Origin: a virus
Reading direction: 5' to 3' (one strand)
Length of the DNA: 64,000 bases
IMG/VR virus record: IMGVR_UViG_3300029319_000006
Coordinates: 1 to 64,000 of that record
In this document: positions 1 to 9,032 of the stretch, one piece after another
Position numbering within the stretch: the stretch's first letter is position 1
Layout of the letters: each line of letters starts with the position of its first letter
The notes under the pieces: model-generated
What the model saw: only the letters and a program-made list of their open reading frames with translations
What the model was told of the DNA's origin: nothing
Database searches by the model: none
Program-made: the position numbers and the translations under genes

Positions 1-229
1 TTACTCCTAATCCACATCCTTTTAAATAATAATCAGATAAAACTTTCATTAACTGCTTCTTACTCATAAAAGGAATTTTTCTAAGTATTGCTTGATTAGG
101 AGCACGTGAGTTTTCAATTATATCTTTGACAGATTCACGTATTTGATCTAAACTATATGCACCTGAATAAGCTGCATTATACATCTCTATCATATTAACA
201 TCAGTTATTTTTCTTGAAGATTTTTTCAT
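1..229 (-). CDS. hypothetical protein, partial (runs off window start)
   Basis: Open frame MKKSSRKITDVNMIEMYNAAYSG..., ATGA-coupled to the stop of the upstream gene, GGAG SD. Confidence 0.6.
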   Translation of the reverse strand, partial: MKKSSRKITDVNMIEMYNAAYSGAYSLDQIRESVKDIIENSRAPNQAILRKIPFMSKKQLMKVLSDYYLKGCGLGV

Positions 230-603
230 ACCATTACTCCTTTAAATTCTTCTTCATAAGAATAAGGTATATTAAGTTTATGACAAGCATAGCTATAATC
301 TCTAGGATCAAGTTTATCAGCTTGAAAGATCCAACGGATAGCTGTTTCACGATTTCCTGCACCAATACTAATGACATCTTTTATACGATCTTCGAAAGCT
401 GCAACTTGTTCAGCTTGACGAGCCTTATCTTCAGCCATTTGATCTTGAAGCTCATTACAAAGATCATCCCAGATCTTCTGCTTGTTCTCAGGTGTCTCAT
501 CCCAATAATGAGAAAGATGTCCATATACTCTAGCAGGGCTACGAGTACCGTAAACTTCTTTTACAAGATCAGAAAAAGTATTATCATCAAAATCGAACTT
601 CAT
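226..603 (-). CDS. hypothetical early protein
   Basis: Start reassigned to MKFDFDD after AAGGAG SD, directly downstream of a sigma70-type promoter. Confidence 0.75.
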   Translation of the reverse strand: MKFDFDDNTFSDLVKEVYGTRSPARVYGHLSHYWDETPENKQKIWDDLCNELQDQMAEDKARQAEQVAAFEDRIKDVISIGAGNRETAIRWIFQADKLDPRDYSYACHKLNIPYSYEEEFKGVMV

Positions 604-619
604 GTTTATCTCCTTATTC

Positions 620-662
620 ATAATACCTTTATACCATAAAGTTAAACAAAAGTCAACAGTTA
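620..662 (-). promoter_or_regulatory. sigma70-type early promoter (TTGACT-17bp-TATAAA)
   Basis: Consensus boxes and spacing; 43 bp identical to 49360..49402. Confidence 0.85.
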
Positions 663-854
663 ATTTTATTTTTTTATGATGTTGCAGCAAAAAACATTAA
701 TGCAACTATAAAAGCTACAACAAAAACAGTTATATATGTTTTATTCATTATAATCTCCTAATTAGTAAAAATATGTGTAATGCTACTATAAATTAATGCA
801 TATGAAACTACTAATACAACACCTAGTACAATTGCTTCGCCTTCTGTAGGTGGT

Positions 855-1556
855 CTATCCATTTTTAATTATTTTTTGTATTTTCCATGGAGTAAAACAT
901 ACTGTTCCTAAACTAATATGATCAGCTCCAGCATCAAGATATATAGATGCACTAAAACTATCAGTTACTCCACCTCCTGCAATAATTTCTACATGAGGAT
1001 AATTCTTTTTCAGAAAGGAAATAATTTCCAAGGTATGAGGCGCAATAATTTTTCCACTAAGTCCTCCTTTTTCAGTTGGTAATGTATTACTTGCATGTAT
1101 TTGTTTATATCCTAAATTAATTATCTTATCAAGTTGTTTATGAGTTATTGTTGGTGGTACTTTTACAATACACCACTTACGTTTATCTTTTGAAAATCCT
1201 TTTATTAAACTTGGATGTTTATCGACATTAGGACAACTAATATTAAGTTCAACACTCAAATTTTTAGGTACTATTTGATAAAGAATTTTCCAATCATCTT
1301 TTTGTAAACTTGCTATACTTAAAACATTATGCCATTTATGTTTTTCTAATCCTTTAAATATTCCGGGATTACGTAATCCTAAAGCATTACGCCATCCCCA
1401 ACCAGCTTCTGATTTTACATATCTTAATGTTTTGATTATTTGTTTTAATCTACCAGGACGAGGTTTTAAAGTAAAAGTACCAGTAACACATATTGCATTT
1501 GTAGCAAAGGTAGAATATTGTAAAAAATTACCAAAAGGAGCACTAATAAAATACAT
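855..1556 (-). CDS. dihydroorotate dehydrogenase-like flavoprotein
   Basis: NALGLRNPG, ELNISCPNV, SNT, GGLSG, IIAGGGV...GAD motifs. Confidence 0.75.
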   Translation of the reverse strand: MYFISAPFGNFLQYSTFATNAICVTGTFTLKPRPGRLKQIIKTLRYVKSEAGWGWRNALGLRNPGIFKGLEKHKWHNVLSIASLQKDDWKILYQIVPKNLSVELNISCPNVDKHPSLIKGFSKDKRKWCIVKVPPTITHKQLDKIINLGYKQIHASNTLPTEKGGLSGKIIAPHTLEIISFLKKNYPHVEIIAGGGVTDSFSASIYLDAGADHISLGTVCFTPWKIQKIIKNG

Positions 1557-1563
1557 TACCAAA

Positions 1564-2091
1564 TTAAAAAAATTGAGGCATTTGACTTGGACATAAGGTT
1601 GATATTACTGCAAACAATGGATCTGGTTTTTGCTTAGGATCTATACCCATGCGATCAATGTACAAAGATTGAACTTTGTATGCATCAATTTCAAGTTGTT
1701 GTTTGCATTCTACTTCTTCATAAGTACCATTAAACTTTTGTAAAAAATGTACTAGTTCGTGTACAAGAACAACTTCTTGAAATCTATCATTACTCATATA
1801 TCTTGAAGGATTGTCTCTTATATAAATTATATTTGTTTTATCATTATAGTATCCAACAATATCACATTCATCTATATTTTCAAGTGATCTTTCATATGCT
1901 CCTTCACAAACATCTTTTGCGTTTAATATAATTATTTTTGGAAGAGGATATCCATTATTTTCATATTCAGTTACTTCAGTTATGAAGTCCAACATATTTG
2001 GCATGATAGCCGTAAGATAATTTGCTCTTTCGTTTGCTGAAACTGCAAATACAAAAAATAATTGTATGATAATAAATTTAATGATATACAT
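1564..2091 (-). CDS. secreted HExxH metallopeptidase-like protein
   Basis: Signal peptide, LVHELVHFLQ, downstream E..AY. Confidence 0.55.
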   Translation of the reverse strand: MYIIKFIIIQLFFVFAVSANERANYLTAIMPNMLDFITEVTEYENNGYPLPKIIILNAKDVCEGAYERSLENIDECDIVGYYNDKTNIIYIRDNPSRYMSNDRFQEVVLVHELVHFLQKFNGTYEEVECKQQLEIDAYKVQSLYIDRMGIDPKQKPDPLFAVISTLCPSQMPQFF

Positions 2092-2348
2092 TAGTGATAA
2101 GTTCGTCCAAACTTAATATTATCTATTGTGGATTCAGCCACTGTATTCATTAAATCTTGAAATTCTTGTTTAGTTAAAATATCTTGATATATCTTAGATG
2201 CTGCAGCCATAAGAACTCCAGCTACAATAAGTGGTTCAACTTTCTTATCTATAAGAAGTTCAGATGTTAACTGAGCTATTTCTGTATGTGAGTACATAGT
2301 TAAAAGTTCTTCTTCAGTAATATCCTTTTTTAAATCGTCGTCTATCAT
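2091..2348 (-). CDS. hypothetical protein
   Basis: Coupled ORF in operon. Confidence 0.6.
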   Translation of the reverse strand: MIDDDLKKDITEEELLTMYSHTEIAQLTSELLIDKKVEPLIVAGVLMAAASKIYQDILTKQEFQDLMNTVAESTIDNIKFGRTYH

Positions 2349-3007
2349 TTTACCATAAATCCTAATCTTGCGTCTTCCAAATGTCCATCAGCATCATCAA
2401 AATCTTCTATAAATTTATATCCAATATGTTCCCAATGAGTTTGAACTCCAAAAGGCCATGATTTCCACACAGGAACTAAATTATTATATTGATATATGTT
2501 ACCGTGTCTTAAATGTATTTCTAAAATATTATTATCAATCCATTCTATATTTATTTTTTTTACCCCACCATATCCTAACTCTTTCCATAAGTCAATATGT
2601 TTATCTGGTAATTTAGGCAAATGTTCACTTTTTTTCCATTCAGAAAATTTCGAAAGATTATCTGAAAAATTAGTACCTTGATAACTAGATATTGGAGTCC
2701 AATATCCTCCAATTTGTGAATCGGCAGTCCATTCATAATCAACAGAGTAATGATCTCCTTCAAATCTTTCACACCAAAAGTATCCTGGAGGAACTGCAGA
2801 ATCATCTTTTATTTTTTTTATCTTAGCTCCTACTCCCATACCAGAAAGATTATAAATTGGTCTTACTACATACTTTCCTTTCTTAGGAGTTACACCACAA
2901 GGTCCACAATAGTATCCCAGTTTCTCTGCTAACCATAATTTATTAAAATAATTATGCAATTTTGGAAATTCTTCCCAAGCATTATCATCCCATTTTATTT
3001 CAGTCAT
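2345..3007 (-). CDS. ATP-grasp-like protein
   Basis: YVVRPIYNLSGMGVG, WCERFEG..YSVD, INIEW..ILEIHLR pattern. Confidence 0.5.
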   Translation of the reverse strand: MTEIKWDDNAWEEFPKLHNYFNKLWLAEKLGYYCGPCGVTPKKGKYVVRPIYNLSGMGVGAKIKKIKDDSAVPPGYFWCERFEGDHYSVDYEWTADSQIGGYWTPISSYQGTNFSDNLSKFSEWKKSEHLPKLPDKHIDLWKELGYGGVKKINIEWIDNNILEIHLRHGNIYQYNNLVPVWKSWPFGVQTHWEHIGYKFIEDFDDADGHLEDARLGFMVK

Positions 3008-3366
3008 TTTTTTCCTATTTTTTTCATTGCACTGTTTATAGCTTGATCTAATTCTTCATCTGTAGTAAGAGCTATTTCTTCAATAGTAGGTTCATTCCTT
3101 GTTTTTCGTTTTCTATTTTGTCTAGTCTTGCTTTTTCTCTTTGATTCATCTCTGATGATGTCATCAGATGATAATCCCCCTTGTGTCGATATTTCTTCGG
3201 GACTCTCACTCTTCTTGGAGGAATTGTGTGACCTAGAAATTTTATGAATTCTATCTGAGGAAGTTGCAAACACGCCATGATCGGCGATTCTTTGCTGTAA
3301 TAATTTAATTCTCCATTTGAGGTTTTCGCATCTTTCTTCAAGTTCATTCATCCGTTGCCTAATCAT
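3004..3366 (-). CDS. hypothetical protein (carries a nested +1-frame ORF 3072..3347)
   Basis: GGAG SD, coupled stop/start with downstream gene. Confidence 0.6.
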   Translation of the reverse strand: MIRQRMNELEERCENLKWRIKLLQQRIADHGVFATSSDRIHKISRSHNSSKKSESPEEISTQGGLSSDDIIRDESKRKSKTRQNRKRKTRNEPTIEEIALTTDEELDQAINSAMKKIGKK

Positions 3367-3378
3367 ACTCCTTTTTTA

Positions 3379-3879
3379 TTATTTATGCAACAGCGTTGTT
3401 TCTAAGATATAGAGTTTATGATCATGGATGAAATTAATAAATTTAGCTAAAACATTTACATCAATTTTATCTTGGCCAAAATAACCAGGTCTTAAATTAA
3501 TAATCCTACATTTTTTTTGTAACATTTGTAATTGATGAACTTGAGAATCTAATGCAGCTTTGTGTACACTATATTGAGATACTTGTTTTGTTGTTAATGA
3601 TTTTAGATTAGAAGATGCTAATGAAGAAATGTTTATAATAGTTTTTGATTGATCTTGCCAAATTAAAAATACTTCTCTTAATAAATCTATTTGAGAATAC
3701 TTATCATAAGCATTGTTAATAAAAATATCATAACCATGAATACGATCTACTATTTTATTAAAGTTTCTAATGTCGTATCCATTAGATCTACTGAAACCTG
3801 TCACTTGATTTCCAATACTAAATAAATCAAAAAGAGCTTTACCTAACCCTGATGTGTGACCGGTAATAGCTACCTTCAT
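3379..3879 (-). CDS. short-chain dehydrogenase/reductase (SDR)
   Basis: ITGHTSGLG, FINNA, INISS, YSVHK (YxxxK). Confidence 0.8.
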   Translation of the reverse strand: MKVAITGHTSGLGKALFDLFSIGNQVTGFSRSNGYDIRNFNKIVDRIHGYDIFINNAYDKYSQIDLLREVFLIWQDQSKTIINISSLASSNLKSLTTKQVSQYSVHKAALDSQVHQLQMLQKKCRIINLRPGYFGQDKIDVNVLAKFINFIHDHKLYILETTLLHK

Positions 3880-4247
3880 TTTATTTCTACTTTTTCCTTC
3901 AATAAATCCCAAGGATTTTCACCAGTGTAGGGTTCAAAATTAGATCCTGGAAATAGTAAACAAGTTAAAAGATCATTAAACATTATTAATACAGTAAAGG
4001 TTTTAGTTTCTTGATTGGCAAATAAACCAAATCTGGTTGGATAATTAAAATTATTAATTGCAGATTTTACTAAACCAGTACCATCTATCAATAAGTCTTC
4101 TTTATTATTCTCTAATATTTTAAATATTTTTTTTCTATCATCACATTGTAAAGTAACTGGAACTTGTTTTACTTGCTGAGAATTAACTTCAGATATAAAA
4201 AAAGTAAAAGATAACAAAGTAACAATAATAAATACTGAAAATTTCAT
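3876..4247 (-). CDS. hypothetical secreted protein
   Basis: N-terminal signal peptide, AGGAG SD. Confidence 0.6.
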   Translation of the reverse strand: MKFSVFIIVTLLSFTFFISEVNSQQVKQVPVTLQCDDRKKIFKILENNKEDLLIDGTGLVKSAINNFNYPTRFGLFANQETKTFTVLIMFNDLLTCLLFPGSNFEPYTGENPWDLLKEKVEIK

Positions 4248-4256
4248 GCTCTCCTC

Positions 4257-4754
4257 CTATGAATAAACACAACCTACAATATGAACTCTTGCTTGATAAG
4301 ATGCATTTACTGCTGTATGTTTTTTTGTTGTATTAGTTAAATATATTTTGCCTGTTTGTAAATAATAAACTTTATCCTCAATCATCATAAAACACTGATC
4401 ATTAGTAATTAAAGGAATATGAATCCTTTTTGTTAAATCAGCATGCATAGATAAACAAGTTTTTGGATCACTTTGCATGATTCTTGTTCTAACCATTCCA
4501 TATTTTTCAAAGATACGATTAAGAGTTGGAGTATTCCATAATGAATATTTAAAATAATTTTCAGGATATCTAAGAGTTGTAGATTTACCAATAGATGCTT
4601 TATATTCTTCTAAAGGATATAATTTAGGTTTATGTCCTTGTAAACCAACATGACCAATATTAGTCCAACCTTTTTTTAAAGATACTTTTATTGTGTTAGC
4701 TTCAGCTATTATTTTTTTAAAATCAATATTATCTTCTAAGACTTCAATATGCAT
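4257..4754 (-). CDS. 2OG-Fe(II) oxygenase, Asp/Asn beta-hydroxylase-like
   Basis: R.RIM, HAD (HxD), RIHIPLITN, HTAVN, RVHIV. Confidence 0.7.
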   Translation of the reverse strand: MHIEVLEDNIDFKKIIAEANTIKVSLKKGWTNIGHVGLQGHKPKLYPLEEYKASIGKSTTLRYPENYFKYSLWNTPTLNRIFEKYGMVRTRIMQSDPKTCLSMHADLTKRIHIPLITNDQCFMMIEDKVYYLQTGKIYLTNTTKKHTAVNASYQARVHIVGCVYS

Positions 4755-4767
4755 AACAACTCCTATA

Positions 4768-4794
4768 AAAGAGGGGAGCTAACCTTGGCTCCCC
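4768..4794 (-). terminator. rho-independent terminator
   Basis: GGGGAGC-N8-GCTCCCC followed by TCTTTT. Confidence 0.7.
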
Positions 4795-4823
4795 ACGTGC
4801 TTATTTAGTAGCAACCCTAACTC

Positions 4824-5174
4824 TTAGAACGACCAGGAAAGACCAATAGTTGTATCTCCAAAATCGTGATCAGCGTCTGATTTAATTTTAGCATACGCTT
4901 CTACCGGTGTAGTTGGAATCATCCATTCGGCTTCCCAACTAATACCAGTGAACTCAGGATCATCAATCATAATTGATGTCTCTGCACTTAAATCTACACC
5001 CCATGGAGTAGCATAACCTACTTCAGGCGTAATTTTATATACCCACGCTTCAGATCCAGTTGTATAGTTAATATCTAATTCAGCCCCAGCTGAAAGTCCG
5101 TTTCCAAGATCAGCTGCATTCGCAGCTGCTGTCATACCAATAAAAAAAGCTGCTGATGCAATTATTTTTTTCAT
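4824..5174 (-). CDS. small outer-membrane beta-barrel/porin-like protein
   Basis: Signal peptide, alternating beta strands, C-terminal GLSWSF motif. Confidence 0.6.
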   Translation of the reverse strand: MKKIIASAAFFIGMTAAANAADLGNGLSAGAELDINYTTGSEAWVYKITPEVGYATPWGVDLSAETSIMIDDPEFTGISWEAEWMIPTTPVEAYAKIKSDADHDFGDTTIGLSWSF

Positions 5175-5204
5175 TCGTTTTCCTTTTTATTAATCGATTA
5201 AAAT

Positions 5205-5500
5205 TTGCGCCACTTTTCTGTTCCAAAGCAAGTGGCCAGCTCGTCATAATTAAGCCGCTAGGGCGTAATCTGAAGGTGCAAAATTATCGTTTGCATTTAT
5301 TTTTTTGTAGACTCAAACACCAGTCGATCCTATTTCGCCCCCACATAAACACACTAGCCGATTCTACCTTACAATCAGATGATGTTAACCGTTGTGTACC
5401 TAAGGTATGGTTACATATTAAATATGCCAACATCTAGTGTGTTTATGGTGGAGGCGACGGGTACCGCCCCCGTGTCCTGAATGTCCTCCAACATCTACAG
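5205..5500 (-). ncRNA. ssrA: two-piece (circularly permuted) tmRNA, tag ANDNFAPSDYALAA
   Basis: Acceptor piece ends CGCCTCCACCA at 5446; coding piece starts GGGGGCGAAATAGGATCGAC at 5342; G3:U pair; tag codons 5294..5250; outer ends approximate. Confidence 0.93.
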
Positions 5501-5504
5501 ATCT

Positions 5505-5512
5505 TATTTATA
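5505..5512 (-). promoter_or_regulatory. T4-type late promoter TATAAATA upstream of tmRNA
   Basis: Exact gp55 consensus a few nt before the acceptor piece. Confidence 0.7.
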
Positions 5513-5521
5513 TCAAATGAA

Positions 5522-5854
5522 TTATGAACCAGTTATCATATCGTAAGAATTAGTATCAGCATTGTAATCAAAAGCCTCTATAAAGAAATGCCAATCACCT
5601 TTTTCCTTAGCTGCAGCTTCATATAATTTGTTAGCAGCAAAGTAAACATCTTTAATAGTATTACCAGCAGCTTGTGCTGTAAATCCCATATACTTAATAA
5701 CTGGAAATGCAGCTAAAGGATTATCATTCCAATCATTTACTACATCAGTTAATTCTAATTTAGAATCAAAATCACCACAGCTCCAAACAGCACTATATTC
5801 TTTGTTAGCTTTTTCAGCATCAAAAATTTTACTATTGTTTAAAAACATATCCAT
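5522..5854 (-). CDS. hypothetical early protein
   Basis: AAGGAG SD and early promoter upstream. Confidence 0.75.
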   Translation of the reverse strand: MDMFLNNSKIFDAEKANKEYSAVWSCGDFDSKLELTDVVNDWNDNPLAAFPVIKYMGFTAQAAGNTIKDVYFAANKLYEAAAKEKGDWHFFIEAFDYNADTNSYDMITGS

Positions 5855-5884
5855 AATTTAATTTCTCCTTCATTTGATATATTC

Positions 5885-5913
5885 TTTATCCCATATTTTG
5901 GAATAAAAGTCAA
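5885..5913 (-). promoter_or_regulatory. sigma70-type early promoter (TTGACT-17bp-GATAAA)
   Basis: Same AACTGTTGACTTT family as 620..662. Confidence 0.8.
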
Positions 5914-5936
5914 CAGTTAATTTTAAAAAAACATAG

Positions 5937-5967
5937 AAAAAGGGCAAAAAATATTGCCCTTTTTTTT
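5937..5967. terminator. bidirectional terminator
   Basis: AGGGCAA...TTGCCCT hairpin with A/T tracts on both sides. Confidence 0.65.
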
Positions 5968-5971
5968 ATTT

Positions 5972-6988
5972 TTAAGGTTGTGTAGCATCAATCCCAGGTA
6001 GATATTTTTTCATACCTAACAATTCACCAACAGTAAATTGACCACCAAATGGATCTAACTTACCAGATTTGATATCTTCAGCTATTTTTATAGCTATCAT
6101 TCTAACATTTTCTGGCATATTAGTATAAGGTGCCATTTTTACCATACCGGTATCCATTCCACCCCATGTATCAGCTGATTCCCAAGTACCTTCTAATACA
6201 GCTCTTACTCTTTCCACATAATAAGGACCCCAATCATCTATGATAGCAGTAAGTTGAGTATTTGGAGCAAAGTTAATCATATCTGATGCTTGACCAAAAG
6301 CCTTTACACCTAATTCTTCTGCAACAGATAATGCAGCAGTTGAATCTGTATGTTGTGTAATAATATCAGCACCTTGATTTATCATAACTCTTGCAGCATC
6401 ACCTTCTTTTGCTGGATCATACCAAGTGTTAACCCATACAACATCAATATCAAAATCTGGATTAACAGAAGTAGCACCAAGGTAGAAAGCATTTATACCT
6501 CTAATAACTTCTGGAATTGGAAATGAAGCAATGTATCCAGCTTTACCAGCTTTACTCATATGTCCTGCAATTACACCTTGGATATATCTTCCTTGATAAA
6601 ATTTAGAAGAATATACAGCCATATTATCTGAAGTACTATATCCTGTAGCATGTTCAAACTTTATATCTGGAAACATTTTAGCAACATTTTTCATTTGTTC
6701 CATATATCCAAATGAAGTAGCAAATATCATATCATATCCTTGCATAGCCATTTGAGTCATAACTCTTTCAGCATCAGGTCCATACTTTACACTTTCAACA
6801 TATGTTGTTGTTACTTGATCTCCAAATTCTTTTTCAATTGCTTTACGTCCTTCATCATGCATGTAAGTCCATCCATGATCTCCTGTTGGTCCAACATATA
6901 TAAAACCAACTTTGATATCTGCAAATGCAGTTGATAATAGAAAAAGCGGCATTATTAGGATAGCCAATCCTTTTATGAAATATTTCAT
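5972..6988 (-). CDS. BMP-family ABC transporter substrate-binding protein (purine/nucleoside type)
   Basis: KVGFIYVGP.GDHGW, IFATSFGY, FPIPEVIRGINAF, WYDP, GADIITQHTDS. Confidence 0.9.
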   Translation of the reverse strand: MKYFIKGLAILIMPLFLLSTAFADIKVGFIYVGPTGDHGWTYMHDEGRKAIEKEFGDQVTTTYVESVKYGPDAERVMTQMAMQGYDMIFATSFGYMEQMKNVAKMFPDIKFEHATGYSTSDNMAVYSSKFYQGRYIQGVIAGHMSKAGKAGYIASFPIPEVIRGINAFYLGATSVNPDFDIDVVWVNTWYDPAKEGDAARVMINQGADIITQHTDSTAALSVAEELGVKAFGQASDMINFAPNTQLTAIIDDWGPYYVERVRAVLEGTWESADTWGGMDTGMVKMAPYTNMPENVRMIAIKIAEDIKSGKLDPFGGQFTVGELLGMKKYLPGIDATQP

Positions 6989-7067
6989 AAGGTTCCTTTC
7001 TTTAGGGAATTTAAAGTTAAAATTTACGGGGAGCAGGATTTCTCCTACACCCCTATATATAAGATTT

Positions 7068-8027
7068 TTATAGTCCGTTTGGAACTATAATATAATGAAT
7101 TGATAATACAACACCAACTGATGCTGCAAGACCAACCATCATCTTTAAGAAGTCTTTTCCAATCAATGGAAAGACAACTTTAAACTTTTCTTTACCGGTA
7201 ACAGTAGCCATGGCTAATTCTCTACCACAAAGAAGTCCAACAAATACCCATGTTGTTGACATAGGAATATCATTTAGTTCTTTAAAGAAAAATAAAATTA
7301 ACCAATATACTCCATCAATGATAGTAGCACTTCTTACATAACGAGTGTTATGTTTTTCAAGTACAATGTTTTGAATCCTACCACCACCTTCACTAAACAT
7401 ATACCAAAGACCAGCAATAAAAACAACACTAATTATTAACATTAAATCAACTGGTATTTCTCTAGGAAGAAACACGGCTATGTTAGCCATATCATGTGAT
7501 AACCAAGTCCACCAAAGAAATCCTGTTGTAAACCATTGACCTATTCGCCAATACTTTTTATGTTCTTCTTTAACTGGTTTAGCTTCATCTAATATTTTAC
7601 TAACTCCAATCCATATAGCATATGCTGCTACAGCTGCAACTGCATATCCCATCATAGATTTCATTAGCATTTTTTCTAATATAAATGTACTAGCAAAAGC
7701 ACTTAAAACTAAAAATGAAGTTGATACAGGAACACCCACTCTAGTAAGTAATACTAGTAATGCTGGTGCCATAGCATGATACCATTGTATTTCTTGAAAA
7801 GGTATCTTATTTAGTCTGCCGTATGATATATCGCCACCATACATATACCAACCGTACCATAAAGCCCAAAGTAAAACAGCAGATGCACACCCCCACATTA
7901 CTTTCCAATTGACTCTTTCGTTATTTGATGCAATCCAAGTACCTAAAGTCTGTACTGAATCATTTGCTATTACTGAATAAGCAGCTAATAAAAAACCAAT
8001 TGCCATCCAAAATGTTATGAGTTCCAT
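7068..8027 (-). CDS. PiT/PHO4-like phosphate permease
   Basis: Polytopic; two ANDS/SHDMAN repeats with PVSTS/PMSTT, resembling PiT signatures; next to pstS. Confidence 0.65.
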   Translation of the reverse strand: MELITFWMAIGFLLAAYSVIANDSVQTLGTWIASNNERVNWKVMWGCASAVLLWALWYGWYMYGGDISYGRLNKIPFQEIQWYHAMAPALLVLLTRVGVPVSTSFLVLSAFASTFILEKMLMKSMMGYAVAAVAAYAIWIGVSKILDEAKPVKEEHKKYWRIGQWFTTGFLWWTWLSHDMANIAVFLPREIPVDLMLIISVVFIAGLWYMFSEGGGRIQNIVLEKHNTRYVRSATIIDGVYWLILFFFKELNDIPMSTTWVFVGLLCGRELAMATVTGKEKFKVVFPLIGKDFLKMMVGLAASVGVVLSIHYIIVPNGL

Positions 8028-8046
8028 TATATTATTTCCTTTTTGT

Positions 8047-8074
8047 AAAAAGGTGAGGAGTTTCCCCCTCACCC
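8047..8074 (-). terminator. hairpin/terminator after pstS
   Basis: GGTGAGG-GGGAAACT-CCTCACC followed by TTTTT. Confidence 0.6.
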
Positions 8075-8081
8075 AATTAAA

Positions 8082-9032
8082 TTAATTAAGTGGTATTAAA
8101 CCACGGTCTGTAGCAGCACCATCTTCACCAATAATTATATCTGAATTAAAGTAATCTACAAATTCTTGTAAGCCAGGTATAATTCCTACATGTTCTTTTT
8201 TATAGTAAAAGTATAAAGGTCTTGATACTTTATAAGAACTGTCTGCTATTGTGTCAAAGGTTGGTTCAACACCATCAATAGTTGCACCTTTAACTTTATC
8301 ATTATTTTGATCTAAGAATGAAAAGCCAAAAACTCCCCATCTGTTATCATCATCATCTAATTTAGCAATAATAAGATTATCATTTTCACCCATCTGTACT
8401 ACGTGTTTGTCTGAACGAACAGCTGAGCAAAGAGCTTTATATCCATCATTACCTTTTTTAGGCATTCCATATACCTTCTTACATACAGAGTGCATAACTA
8501 ATTCAACAAATGCATCTCTTGTACCTGATGAAGGAGGAGGTATCATAATATCAATTTCGTTATTAGGAAAGGAGGGATTAATGTCAGACCATTTTTTATA
8601 TGGATTAGGTACCCATTGACCATCTATTAAAACATTTAGTGCTACTGCGTTAAAGATATCTTCTTTAGTAAAATTTCCTTTAGGTCCAGAATTTGCATTT
8701 GCAAATACAATTCCATCATACCCTATTAAATTTTCTATAGGAGTAACTCCATTGGAAGCACACATTTCTTTTTCAGAATTTTTAATTGCTCTTGAAGCAC
8801 CGGTTAAGTCTGGTGTATTTGTTCCAATACCTTTGCAAAATATTTTCATTCCACCACCAGTTCCAGTTGATTCAATAACAGGAGTTTTGAATTCTGTATT
8901 TTTGCCGAAATATTCTGCGGCAACTGTTGTAAAAGGATAAACTGTAGAAGATCCTACAGATGATATGTAGTCTCGTGCGAGTGCTGGCATAGCCAGAAAC
9001 ATCACACAAATTGTGATTAGTATATTTTTCAT
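8082..9032 (-). CDS. pstS: phosphate ABC transporter substrate-binding protein
   Basis: GSSTVYP, ESTGTGGG, ASR, PP.SGT, SRPLY. Confidence 0.92.
   Translation of the reverse strand: MKNILITICVMFLAMPALARDYISSVGSSTVYPFTTVAAEYFGKNTEFKTPVIESTGTGGGMKIFCKGIGTNTPDLTGASRAIKNSEKEMCASNGVTPIENLIGYDGIVFANANSGPKGNFTKEDIFNAVALNVLIDGQWVPNPYKKWSDINPSFPNNEIDIMIPPPSSGTRDAFVELVMHSVCKKVYGMPKKGNDGYKALCSAVRSDKHVVQMGENDNLIIAKLDDDDNRWGVFGFSFLDQNNDKVKGATIDGVEPTFDTIADSSYKVSRPLYFYYKKEHVGIIPGLQEFVDYFNSDIIIGEDGAATDRGLIPLN

Noticed and set aside
5156-5437. 93-aa + strand ORF
   Set aside because: Antisense to tmRNA; no SD or protein features.
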